NCBI RefSeq assembly: GCF_964204645.1
Contig: NC_134027.1
Location: 18,872,560-18,936,559, forward strand
From: Tubulanus polymorphus
Taxonomy: Eukaryota > Animalia > Nemertea
Length of the DNA: 64,000 nucleotides
Reading direction: 5' to 3'
Shown here: piece by piece, positions 9,524 through 21,837 of the stretch
Layout of the letters: every line of letters begins with the position of its first letter
Position numbering within the stretch: position 1 is the stretch's first letter
Notes under the pieces: model-generated
What the model saw: the letters and a program-made list of their open reading frames with translations, nothing else
The model's database searches: none
Told to the model about the DNA's origin: nothing
Translations under genes and position numbers: made by a program

Positions 9524-12041
9524 TGTAGTGAAAATTTCCGGTTTCGCAAAAATTTTCAATCACCTTTCTTCCGGATTTCACCGCCCCACTATTTCTATTA
9601 TCTATTTTTAAGACTGTTTGGAATATAGCTGTACATTTTATTAGATCCGGAGCGACCGGTTCTGCTGTTTAACCCGTTTTGGTTGATGTTCCGGCTGCGG
9701 CTCCATTATTTCCGGGTTTCCTGAATACTATTAACCCCTTTCTTAATTGTATTGAATATTATTTTATCATCCTTGTCACGCGCGTAGGGTTGGAATCCCC
9801 TATAACTCCATTACTTCGGGAATTCTTATATGTCTAATTTGTTTAGTATCGTCTACGTTACCTTAGTCGGTGATGTTATTATTTATCTCCATTCGCGTGT
9901 CCGTGGTGACCTTTTTAGCCGGCGTGCGGTTGCCCGGTCCCGCTCTCATTGTTGCTGGAATCAAGCCAACTGTGAAATCATGTGACACGCGCGGCCAATC
10001 ACGCGTGTTCGGACTTGTGTTCCAGCTAATGAAAGCGGTTCCCGGACAGCCGCGGGCTATTTAAGGTGCGCTGTGCGTGAGTTCGGGGAGAAAGCCCTTG
10101 CGCTCGTCCGCGGAACTTAAAAAGTCGCTCTGCAGTGCTAGCATGTAACCGCTCTAGACACGATCCAAGATTTAAAAATGTAAGAACCTAATCGTTTTGC
10201 CGGGTGTCCGTGCCAGGACAGTCGTTCGATTCACCAATAATCTTAGTGTCTGATGTACCACATTTTAATTATATGTTATATCGTCATTCCCGGGAAACAG
10301 TTGCGGTCGTTATTTCTCGGACCGCCGGTTTTTGTGTAACATGTTCGTTCCCAGACAGCAAGTGCCAGTTTATTGTATATGTTCATTCTCGAGCTCAAAA
10401 ATAATCATTAATACTCATTTCAAACGACTGTAGTTCTAACGTTGAGGTCAGCGGAGGTCCTGCCCGCTCTAGGAGGTCAGCTTGCGCATCGTATGAATTC
10501 CGGACGGTGGGGGGTTCAACATGCTACCAAGAATAAGACGATAAAGAGGAGAGGAACTTCGCCCAGCCGTATTACTCGCCTTCAAGTGAAGGACGAGCGG
10601 ACCCACTGACGAAGAAACCCGCGTAGACATGAGGACTCGCATCTTCACTCGTCAAGGGATTTGAACCCACTACGCTAAAGCTGTTCCCCGAACCCCTTGA
10701 CCTCACGAGTCGTTACTAGCTGACCAGAATCCGGTCGTACCAATCACAGCGCTTGTAACAAACCGTCAGTAGACTTCTGTTGGTTTTCCCGTTAAATTGA
10801 CCAATCAGCGAACGTTTTACCGAACAAGGAAGTATTTCGCAAATCGATATATGACGTCATGCGCAACAGCGCCAGTAATGAAATCACGCTTCGTGAGGCC
10901 AGGGGGCTGGTGGAAGCGAGTTCGGGAGTGATACCGGACCCCTGGCAAGCGAGGATGAAGAAATTAATGCATTAGGCCTACTCGCATGCCATAGTAGGAT
11001 TATCACTGTGCGCGCTAACTTAACCGTTAAGTGCTGCCCCCAATGCGTCGCGGTTGACGATAACATGCCACAGTACATCTTCACTCGTCAAGATTCGAAC
11101 CCACTACGCTAAAGCTGTTCCCCGAGCCCCTTGACCTCACGAGTCGTTGGAGTCGTTACTAGCCGACCAGAATCCGGTCGTACCAATCACAGCGCTTGTA
11201 ACAAACCGTCAGTAGACTTCTGTTGGTTTTCCCGTTAAATTGACCAATCAGCGAACGTTTTACCGAACAAGGAAGTATTTCGCAAATCGATATATGACGT
11301 CATGCGCAACAGCGCCAGTAATGAAATCACGCTTCGTGAGGCCAGGGGGCTGGTGGAAGCGAGTTCGGGAGTGATACCGGACCCCTGGCAAGCGAGGATG
11401 AAGAAATTAATGCATTCGGCCTACTCGCATGCCATAGTAGGATTATCACTGTGCGCGCTAACTTAACCGTTAAGTGCTGCCCCCAATGCGTCGCGGTTGA
11501 CGATAACATGCCACAGTACATCTTCACCCGTCAAGATTCGAACCCACTACGCTAAAGCTGTTCCCCGAACCCCTTGACCTCACGAGTCGTTGGAGTCGTT
11601 ACTAGCCGACCAGAATCCGGTCGTACCAATCACAGCGCTTGTAACAAACCGTCAGTAGACTTCTGTTGGTTTTCCCGTTAAATTGACCAATCAGCGAACG
11701 TTTTACCGAACAAGGAAGTATTTCGCAAATCGATATATGACGTCACGCGCAACAGCGCCAGTAATGAAATCACGCTTCGTGAGGCCAGGGGGCTGGTGGA
11801 AGCGAGCTCGGGAGTGATACCAGATCCCTGGCAAGCGAGGATGGAGGACTCGGTCCGGGACCGAGTGGTCGGAGCCTCCAAGACATGTTTGTTATTATTG
11901 AACGTCGTACCGTGACGCCGGGCGTACGGAGGCCTACCGGTGCAGACACAGCTGCAGGAGTTGTCTGTTCTGATGAGTATTTTATTAGCGATTTTGACCG
12001 GGGTGTCAAATGGTTACCCGGTGTCTGGGAAATCCGTTACA
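9524..12041 (+). mobile_element. Probable 3' LTR (TGT...ACA), enlarged by an internal tandem triplication
   Basis: Starts TGTAGTG after the PPT. TATA-like TATTTAAG at about 10058. Candidate end CCGTTACA at 12041. The right boundary is uncertain and no partner LTR is in the window. Confidence 0.55.
10640..11843 (+). repeat. Tandem repeat, about 2.7 copies of a 436-443 bp unit
   Basis: CATCTTCACTCGTCAAG-like unit starts at 10640, 11076 and 11519. Copies are nearly identical, giving identical spurious ORFs 10884-11084 and 11327-11527. Confidence 0.95.
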
Positions 12042-12379
12042 CTAGGACCTGCGTCACGGTACGTCGTCGCGTACTCGAGAACACTTTATCTTTCCATGTA
12101 GACTGGTTACCGGTCTCTATCTATTGAATGGGACAGGCAACCAGTCTATCTTTCGATCTTTCAACTGTATTGCGTACTGTAACGACCACGTCGAACGTGA
12201 TGATTGGACTGCGTGCAGTTATCTTGCCTCCTCAGTCAGGATATCGATCACGTATGTTTTACTAAAAGTAAAACTATGCCCCTGAACTTTCGGGTAGAAC
12301 CGAATCGACTGCGGCATGCGACTAAAGACTCACTTGTTAAGCGAGCTCTAATTGGTCGAAGAAGTGAAATACCACGTAT

Positions 12380-12527
12380 TTTGACCAATCACAAACGGTG
12401 TAACGTATTAAGCTATTGTTTAGGGAAGCAGTCTATATTATCTGCACAAAGCCTTCAATTCTTATCGTATAACATCAAAATAAATACTTATGCCGTCTAA
12501 TAATCAATAATTACTCATCAGGTATGT
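12380..12527 (+). promoter_or_regulatory. Putative promoter / non-coding first exon A of TDG
   Basis: CCAAT box (GACCAATCAC, about 12384) and strong donor CAG|GTATGT at 12521/12522. Assignment to TDG is inferred. Confidence 0.4.
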
Positions 12528-13328
12528 ATTAATGCACTTTTTATCGTTCGATTTGCAATGTTTAATTCAATGTTAAGCCTTCAATTCGGTTGTCGGCGAT
12601 CATTTTATAGATATCATTGTGTTGGCTGTTTTCGTTACTAAATAAGTTGTTGGTTGGTTTGTTGTGGTGTGGTGAGCACTACTGGCACTGCAGTGTGTGT
12701 TGAATGTGAGTTCTGAGTTGGCCTAGCTAGTCACTTGTCCTATTATTGCCTTCATTTCTGTATCAATAAATGTACTACTGTATCAAAACTTCCTGGGTTA
12801 AAGTGCAGATCCGTTCCTCACGTGAATATCTCTGGGCCTAGAAGTAGAGATCTAGTCTGAACACCAGTCGGTGTTACCAATACCAGTTCCCTACTACAAG
12901 GTCTGGCGCTAAAATAACATATAGGCCTAGAGGTTAACTCCTGTTCATTGTAATGTAACAACTGATTTTAGTGTCGAATTAAACCTTAGTACTCAAATAG
13001 ATTAATTAGTTACCTTGTTGATTTTGAAAACGAGTTTTATAATAATATTTTTGATGATTTGAATGGCGAACCGGATAATTTGTTGATTTGAATTGAATTG
13101 ATTGCCACAATCGGGATTTCCGATACGTACTAAATTAATAAAATGTGAAAATTCAATAGACCTATGTCTCTCTAAATTACTCTAAATGTTAATTTTTGTT
13201 GATAAAACGCATAAATTTTGGTCAATTGTAATATAAGAATTTGAAACAAGAATAAGATCTGCATTGGCATCAGTGTCAAAGTTGAAGTCCGAATCCGTAA
13301 TTTACACTCCCATCATGCAACTCGTAAA

Positions 13329-13492
13329 GCCGCCATATTTGTTATGTTGCTTCGCTTCAACTGTTTTTTGAGGCGACTAGTCAAAAGTTTTGGGTTACTA
13401 CGATATCGTCAAAAGCTACTTAGGATTACAAATTTATGCACAAACAATAGTTAACTTCCATCTGATTACAGAACAGTCAGTTTGAGGTAAGT
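13329..13492 (+). promoter_or_regulatory. Putative promoter / non-coding first exon B of TDG
   Basis: YY1-like GCCGCCATATTT at 13329 and consensus donor GAG|GTAAGT at 13486/13487. Confidence 0.45.
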
Positions 13493-15331
13493 TGATGGTG
13501 TTTTAAGAGGTGAAATAGACCTCTAAATGAGGGACGAAAATTTACCTTATATGAGCACTTTCGCCCTAGACATTGTTAGTACTAGACTAGGCCTAGATTC
13601 AGTTCAGTCAATGCAGTTTAAACTAGAAAATAGAGCAGGTGGATATTTTGTCGACTGGGCATCTTGTTAATCATCAATGTTATTTTGTCGATAACTCATT
13701 TGGATTGGCAAAGTCACATCGTGCCACTGAGGTATGCTATTAGAAGATTGGAGGAATGAATTTGAGGAAACGGAACCCCTAATCCTCAGGATCCTCTCGA
13801 AATAGGCTTAACCAAGGATGGTATAACCTTACAAACCTAGCCCTGAAATCTTTGCCAGGTCTGCAATTTAGAATTATCAAATCCAATATGTTCTCAGGTA
13901 TAGAAAATGTGACTAAGTCCATATGAAATAAATTATGATTCTCATGAGCGCCCGCTCCGAATTTAGCCGCCGCCTGGAATTTTATATTTTGAAAATATAT
14001 AAAACTACTGCATCAGATGAAAAGCCACACTAATATCATTTATACAAATAGACATTATGTGATGCCAAACATGTAAACACCTGAAACTTGATAGTCTAAA
14101 CGATTGCTACTCAAACGAGTTCACATAGTTTATTGATTATTGAGGCTAGTCCCCAACTAACGTTGACCCATTTTTATTCAGAGACAAGATAGAGGTGTTG
14201 CTAGTCAGAGCTTGAAGAATATAAGATATAGGCCTCCCTCTTCTATGATTTTTCTTTTCATAAATTCTGATCAGAATCAAGTAATTTATTAAACTCATAT
14301 TGTAGCTAACATAACCACTGCCCGGAATCCCTGGTGGAAACATTTTTTAGTCAAACTTTCAATTCAACAAACAAGCCCAAAGGCATTGGGGTTTGTCCAT
14401 TCGAACGAACAACCTTCAAACTACTACGGGCATATAGGCCATATGTGTAGCCTATCAGGGTCGATGGTCTATAGGCCTATATTGAAATAAACCCTTTGCG
14501 TTTGCTTGTTTTGCCCTTTTTGGCGATAAAAATCCTTTTTGAAAGCTGCCTTCGACGAGTTTGCAATAGGTCGCATCATTCATGAGAGGTGCCAATTAAA
14601 TCTGACATTACCAACTCCTGACATGACACTACACACCGCCAGGCTTTGATTCCTATTTCTTGCAAGCCTGTAGCGTGGGGGCAGAGGGTTATGACGAACT
14701 GACCAAAATCTGGATAAGGAATTTTCATAAATCTTGACTCCGGTGTTGCCTAATGTGCAGCCACCACCCCCGGTCCAATAGGCCTACAGGTACTTAACAA
14801 TGGCAATTAACAATCAGTTGCGCTATGGGCCTGTTTCGGACTTGAATTTCATCGCTTTCACTAAGTGGGTATGTGCATGAAATGAGAGTTCTGTAAAAGA
14901 TGCCTGTGGTCTTTGTCATAATGGAAGGGACAGGCTATAGTAATGCCGCTGTAAATGAACTAAACACCATTGCATGCGCACTGGTGCCCTCAAGAAAATT
15001 TGAGGAAAGAGCTACTTAAAACGGAGTAGTATTCGAATCCAGGTCCCACCGCTTTACTACCGAAGCTCGTTGCAAGAGGCTGAAAATTGAAGCATAACAT
15101 TTAGGCCTATCTCTAAACCTGAACCCTAAACCCTAATTTAGGAAGCCTTGATTCCTTGATAGCCATTTCTTAACAGAAAATGCTTATAAAGGTTGAAACT
15201 CCTTTGTTTTGAGCAAAATGCCGGAAACTCCTTCAATTTTGAGATATACAGTACTAATTTAGGATTTAACAGTAATTAGGATAATCCCCCAATTACTGTT
15301 GACTCCTAGATCAGTTCGAAAGTTACATATA

Positions 15332-15804
15332 CAGTCAACCTCGCTTAATTCGTCATTGGTGAATTCGTATAACTACCTAATTCGTATAAAAATGAAAGGT
15401 TCCAATTTTTTCCTTCAGTATTCCCTTTAATTTCCATCGGACAGGCCTAGTTCGTAAATTGTAGCCCTATCCCATTGTTCCGCGTTTACTGGTAGTGATT
15501 GGCAAGCTTATCAATTACTTGTCAGTCATTGGTACTGAGCGACCCGCGGCCATGCAACATTTTCCCGCCAGTTAAGTCTAAAATGATGTATGGCGGTGGC
15601 ACGCAGCGCTTGTTCCAACGCCAGTGACAGCAATTTTTAGCAGATTTTTATTTGTGGTTTATATGAATTAATTAAAAGATAAATCGTTAATTTTATGAAT
15701 TGTACATGATTCAATAAAAATACGAATTACGTATGATCCGTATAATGTCTAATTCGTAGAAAAAGCCACTGTCCCAAGAGATACAAATCAACTGAGGTTG
15801 ACTG
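15332..15804. mobile_element. pogo/Tc1-mariner-type MITE
   Basis: TA|CAGTCAACCTC ... GAGGTTGACTG terminal inverted repeats. Confidence 0.75.
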
Positions 15805-18800
15805 TTTGAAAGTGATGCTAAGACTTCCTTGAAATTTGAGATTTTCGCCTTTGAAACTCCTTGAAAGCTGATTATATCGAGGAATGACTGATCTGTAGGG
15901 ACCCTGTGATTAATGATATTAATATTATGATAAATGGATTTCTTGACGAAATCTCACAGACTGCTTCTTAGATTATTAGGTCCAATGTCATGGCTGCCGG
16001 GTCGTTTTTGCTTCTTAGGTCTTAAGTTTTCAAGAGTTCACGCTGTACTGTATCGTACCTCAGTTAATACCCAGAAGAGGTCATAATAGAAAAGGCCCAA
16101 TTCATCTAGGGCTAGGGCTATGCCTAAACTTATGTCGTCCATTTGATTCTGAATGAATGTAATTTTGTGGCCATTACTCTTGTCAATTTTGGGAATTTAT
16201 GGAGACCTGAAGAAAGTTATACTGATCAGAACAATTTGGAAGCCAAATTATAAGGCTTATCGATTGTCGATCCATTTTAACCGTATAGAAAAACTTTGTT
16301 GAAATCACATTCAAGACTACTACATTTGCTATTACATGAATGATTCTTTTTTCGAAATTATGGTCTCAAAGGTTCGTTAATTTGAAATAAAATGGATGCA
16401 CAGGACATGCTTAACAATCGATGTATGAAAGAATATTTCACCCACTAAATATTAAGGTTGGATAGCTATTCCAATATGCATATGCCTTGCAAGTGAAAAG
16501 ATATTTTCTTACATTCCATTATTCCTATCAAATGTACAATAGGTTTTGTAAGTACCAAGGTACTGTTTTCTCTATAATCCAGGCCCCTAGCCAGCCTGTC
16601 ACAAGGGCATTCAATATTCATGAAATCGGAACTTGCAAATTCTGAAAAGGCGTAGGCCTATAGTTTTAGTAAAGGGTCATAGGAGCACCAGTTGTTCTTC
16701 AAAAAACTAAATGCTCACTGCTTCTGAAATGTAACAGATGAGAGAGATCCTTTCTGTTCATCAAATCACCAGTCCCCAGAATAACGTTGCTTCATTTTCC
16801 GATTGAAATATGTCGAGAGGCTTTTTTTTTGAATGAGAACTAGAAGGGGTAACCAATCGGTGAATATTGAATTGATGCTAAAATTTTCTTTAAGCTGACA
16901 CCAGGCAAATGTGCATTGATAAACTGGGTTGGCCCTCCCCCTACAAGCCCGTAATCAGTGACTTGGCCTGATTGGCAAGAAATTTTCAGTATTGATAAAA
17001 TCCTCTCAGTAATCTGAAATTATTGAATATATTTATTGCCCGCATAGTATGATTGCACATATGTTAAGTTCCTAAGATAGAGAAACAAGATATTATATGA
17101 TGTGCAAAAATATGATTCTAGTTTGTGAATAAGGTTAACCTGTGAAATCGTCCCCCACCCGTCGGCTGCAGGGCTGGATGAGTTTAGAATCATAACTCTC
17201 TGTATGACAATAGAATGATTTATTCAACTTAAACAATTGAGAATTATAAAATACCCGTAGCCTGTCTCTCCTCCTCCGATGTTGGGAGAAGAGTTAATGA
17301 GATAATTTGATGTATCAATTTTGTCACATTGATTGATGTTGCAGAGAGAGAGATAGACGGATATAGATAGAACTCTCTGTTTGTGGATATATTGTAATTT
17401 GAAATGTGTATTAATGTTAACGGTGCAGCATGGCAATGCTGAGTGCTGTTTATGTTGATTGTGCAAATCTGTGTGTTATTATGGTGTCCTTGATAATCAA
17501 AATCCATCCTTTGAAATTCAGCGTGCGTTGTGTATATGATTTGATTGGTAGTCGTGCAGCGTTTTTTTTAAATCTTTAATTGTGTGGCAGATTTTATTGC
17601 ATCATCTTAAAACGAACCAAAATTTTTGAAATGAATTCACAACAGAGATGAAATTGTTTTATTATTTTTTTCCTCTTGAAATACGAGTCATTTTCCCTCA
17701 TTGATTTGATTTGATTTTATGCTCATTTAGCGTGTTCCATAGAAAAATCTACCACACCTGATAAAATGGGGGGGGGGTTGATTTTTAATACAGAGATCAA
17801 AAAGTAGACTCTGCCCGAGTTGGATCCGATCAAGTAGTATCCCTTCAACTCGGATGTTTGTTGAAATATTTTTTGTGTAACTATTCATAAAGAAAAAGAT
17901 GCCATCCGACTCAGATATCACTCAAATTGGATACATTTTTACGGTTCCAAAAGATCCGACTTGAGCGTAGTCTATTGTAATAGTAGTTGGTCTTTTTTCA
18001 AATCAAAGTAGGGCCTAAGGTAATTAGAAATTTTTGTTCTGGCTCATGTAAACAAGCTTATACATTTCAAAAACCGATGATCAAATGATGGATCTTTTTG
18101 CGTACCTGGATTCATGTCATGAATAAATTGATCAAAATGGGAAAAAAAGTTGGATTTAAAGATTTGAACACGTTGTTACTCCGACTAGATATTTTTCACA
18201 TGATTTTCAAAAGGTTTTTCATTCAAACTAGTCACAGTCTATATAGCGTCAACATGCTTAATTCAGATCAGCTCAATCCGGATTTTAATCTAATTCAAAT
18301 AATAATTTCGATCCATAAACGTTATTGTATGTGAAGTATGTGGGTTCCTCGAAACCGGACCCATGGCATTATATCAAAGATTAACTGCACATAAAAAATT
18401 TTCAAGTGAATTTCTGAAGATATATTGAAGGATTCTACACGAAATGTATGATAGTTAAATAATTGTTGTTAAGCGTTGATATCGTGGGTGCGGTTCCATT
18501 TGAAGTTTTTGTAAGTAATTTATTTCATGAAAATAAACATGAAATATTACATCTTTTTCTGTCGATCATTTTGGTGACTGCCAATGTCATCGGTGTGAAT
18601 GTTAGCTTTTTTGTCGGTTTTAAGCATTGGAGAGAATAGTCTTGAGCATAAATTGATTTGCTGAACGTACTTTAATTATCTACAGAAATTGGATGAGATC
18701 TAAGAGACACATAGATGATGATGAAAAACACAAGCTACACTTGAATTTTTCCATCAGTTCAAATCAGTAATTGACTGCTCTCTCATAAAGTATAGCAACA

Positions 18801-21800
18801 GATGAGTTGCCATGGCAACTTGTGTGATTTGTTAATAACAAATTTTGATGCCGTTTTTCATTTTGTTGTTCATTTCTGTGCCATTTATCTGTTATATAGA
18901 TTGCAATATAAAAGCTGGCTGCAGGATGAAGGCTGGTATGAGGGCTGATAGATTTGTAATAGAGACTTGATATAACATTTGATGTGCAGGGTTGAAATTA
19001 TAGTTTTTGCACTGTACCTTCTGCAAATAACATTATTCAAATTTCACATGAATCGTGTGTTGTCTGAAAAGTTAAATGGATTCGTACAAATGAATTGGTA
19101 AGAGAGAAATGAAACGTATAGTCTATTCAACATTTAATTGTGTAGAAATTATTTTTAGACTTCAGTGTCTACCTTTTTTTTCGAAGTTCCCTGAATGTAT
19201 ATTCTCCATCTATGCTCGTAAATAGTGTAGTAATCTAGTAAATGCTACGCTAACAAGAAATTGTTTTTGGTTGCTAAGCGCTGAGGTTTGGAAAAGAGAA
19301 ATATTGAGCTTGTCATATGTTCACGAGCGTTCCTAAATCAAATTTGGTGCGAATATTTTTGAAAGCTCTGTCCGATGCATTCACATCTTCAGTTGTACAC
19401 AGTAAATGAGAGAAGATCTATCCTGTTAATGTTACTATCAGCTCTGGATTCCTCATCAAATATTAAACATCACAACCGCACGAAATCTCTTTGATGTGAA
19501 AATTTATTTTTATCAAAAATGAATTTTTAGATCGTGACGCATCTTTTAAATCTTCTCCAATATTAATGGAAATTTTGATGTAGTTTTTGTATTCTTATTC
19601 GTCGCGGCCTTTTACATAAACTCAAATGGAGTGGAGGGGATTTTCAGATGGAAAATTGTAATTTATCTATCTGCAGATTCAGTAACTTGGCCTAAGATAA
19701 GTGGAACAATGCATTTTACCCCATATTGAACCGATTGGTCTATTGCAGATATAGATGATTTCATGACCAGAATATCCTTACAATTGAATAGGCCTATGAT
19801 ATTGTATTTGATAGAATCAGTCACATTCATAGATTGACCAACATGGAAAATAATCGAAATCTATTACATGTTGGCCAATTTCTGAATGTTACTGATTCTA
19901 TCTAATTCACACTGAAAAGAATTGCCATCAAAATTTGATGGCAAAGGTCTGAACTAAAAGAGATGAATTTTTATGCAATTTCAACCAATAGTTATATAAT
20001 GGTTATATAATGAATCTATATGAATCATTTACAATATTAGTATTTTGTTATAGAGTTTACGAAAAATTTATGCTTCTAATCCCGCGATGGATAACATATG
20101 TAGTATTTAGGAAAATATTACTGTGTTTGATCGTACTGTCAGTAAGTGAGAGAGCACCAATTCAATGAATGTATAATGAAAAATGTTTGATATAATTAGA
20201 AATGTAAATAGGAATTTGAATTGAATTGAGTCATTGATGGGAGCGGGAGAGAGAGAGGTGGTACAGGATGAGTCATTCTCTACAGAATCAATATACACTA
20301 ACTACTCAGCGTATCTCTATCATTCATTCTTATGGAATATTTCTACATCAGGATCAGGATTTTAACCTTGACAAAATCGCAATATTACAACGGTGCATAG
20401 TTAAATCATCCATGTACTTGTACAACCCTGAAATGTTTCTATTTGGTTAGATGTTGCCATGAAATACTGACGAAACCAATTCAGTCGACAATTTTGAAAT
20501 AAAGCAAAGGTCGGACATTATCCCTTCTAGAGTCACAGTTCATTTTCTTTTCCCATGCAGTTTATCGATATAGATTTTTCGTGGTAAATGAACTGCCAGT
20601 AAATTCTGATTCGTGCATTTAAATGGTCAGAAGCCAGCGTAGTTTTAGGTATCTTTTGGGAGGGTGCAGTGCTGTATTCATTGAGATGGTTTTCAGTAAT
20701 TTTTCCCATCACTGCTATCAGTGAGTACTGATGTGAAGTGTGGGTATAATCTAATGTTATCAGAAATTGGATGTCCCTTGATAATATCAGTCACAGCACT
20801 ATACTACAACCCTTTTACCAGTAAACTATCATTGACAACACACAATCCATTATAATACAACATAATCACGGTATCTGTTGGTTCTCTGAATGAAGCCCGG
20901 GTATGTTGAGATGGTTCTTTGTTTGAGGGTTCTTGAATCATTGTTCTTTGAAAGGGATGTTCTCTGATCAGGAATATTCCGCGTTCAGAGTGGAATTGAT
21001 GGCGGGTTTCCTGACTGAGGTTAGGGTGGTTAAATTGCATTGAAGGATATTGTTTTTCTTTTTTAAATTTTACTGAGTATAAATCAGTCGTTGGTATTCT
21101 GTTCTTTCAGAAGTGGATTAGGTTATAGTAATGTATCTGAAATGAGAGCATGTTGCTAGTTCGTCATTAGACTGATTAGGGTAAAAGCTGTTTACTCATT
21201 TTCAGTTGAGTCTTTGATATTTTATATGATGAATGAGATTTGCAATCATAAAATTTATACGCTGACTGCTGCTGATCTCTATTCCTATTATTACTATTTT
21301 TAGAATAAAATAGTTATACCTGGAGTAAAAAGCAAGAGACAAAGAGCACTGACTGTAGTCAATTTTTATCCGATATTAACGTTGGGGCAAACAGTTCGGA
21401 GGGTAACGTAGCCGTCGTACCTTTCAACAGTGTAAGAAAATTGTCTGAATTGGGTAATATCGTAGCATTTCATGCAGGCCTATAGAGTATAGAATCTCAA
21501 AAATATTTCAACAAACATCCGATTTAAACGGTCATCCACGTAGATCGGATTGCACTAGTGCAGTCTATCGTACGTACTTTTGGACAATTGTTGGTCTAAC
21601 ATTGGGCGAGGTATGATTGTAATGCGTATCTCTCGTTGATCCGGTATCACTATGATATTTCTCAAGTATCACATGAATTGTATCATAACAAAGCGGTATC
21701 AACAAACCCGAGGTAAAGCGAAGATATAACATGATGGAGTGTTCCAGTATGATCCCTTGTATTCTAAATAGTTTATTTAGTGAATTATGTTTTCTGTTTC

Positions 21801-21837
21801 TTGATTGCAGATTTACATCAGTTGGAATTTTACAGTT

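Noticed and set aside
11085-11115. tRNA gene suggested by reverse-strand GTGGGTTCGAATC
   Set aside because: No cloverleaf or convincing A-box/anticodon arm. Only a B-box-like motif.
10640-11843. CRISPR-like repeat/spacer arrangement (also considered for 40320-40610 and the HINE repeats)
   Set aside because: Spacers are identical rather than unique, unit sizes are wrong, the context is eukaryotic and there are no cas genes.
12660-12898. Alternative LTR end (CCCTACTACA, complementary to TGTAGT at 9524)
   Set aside because: It would place the candidate exon/donor at 12521 inside the LTR, and no partner LTR or TSD is available to test it. Left unresolved in favour of 12041.
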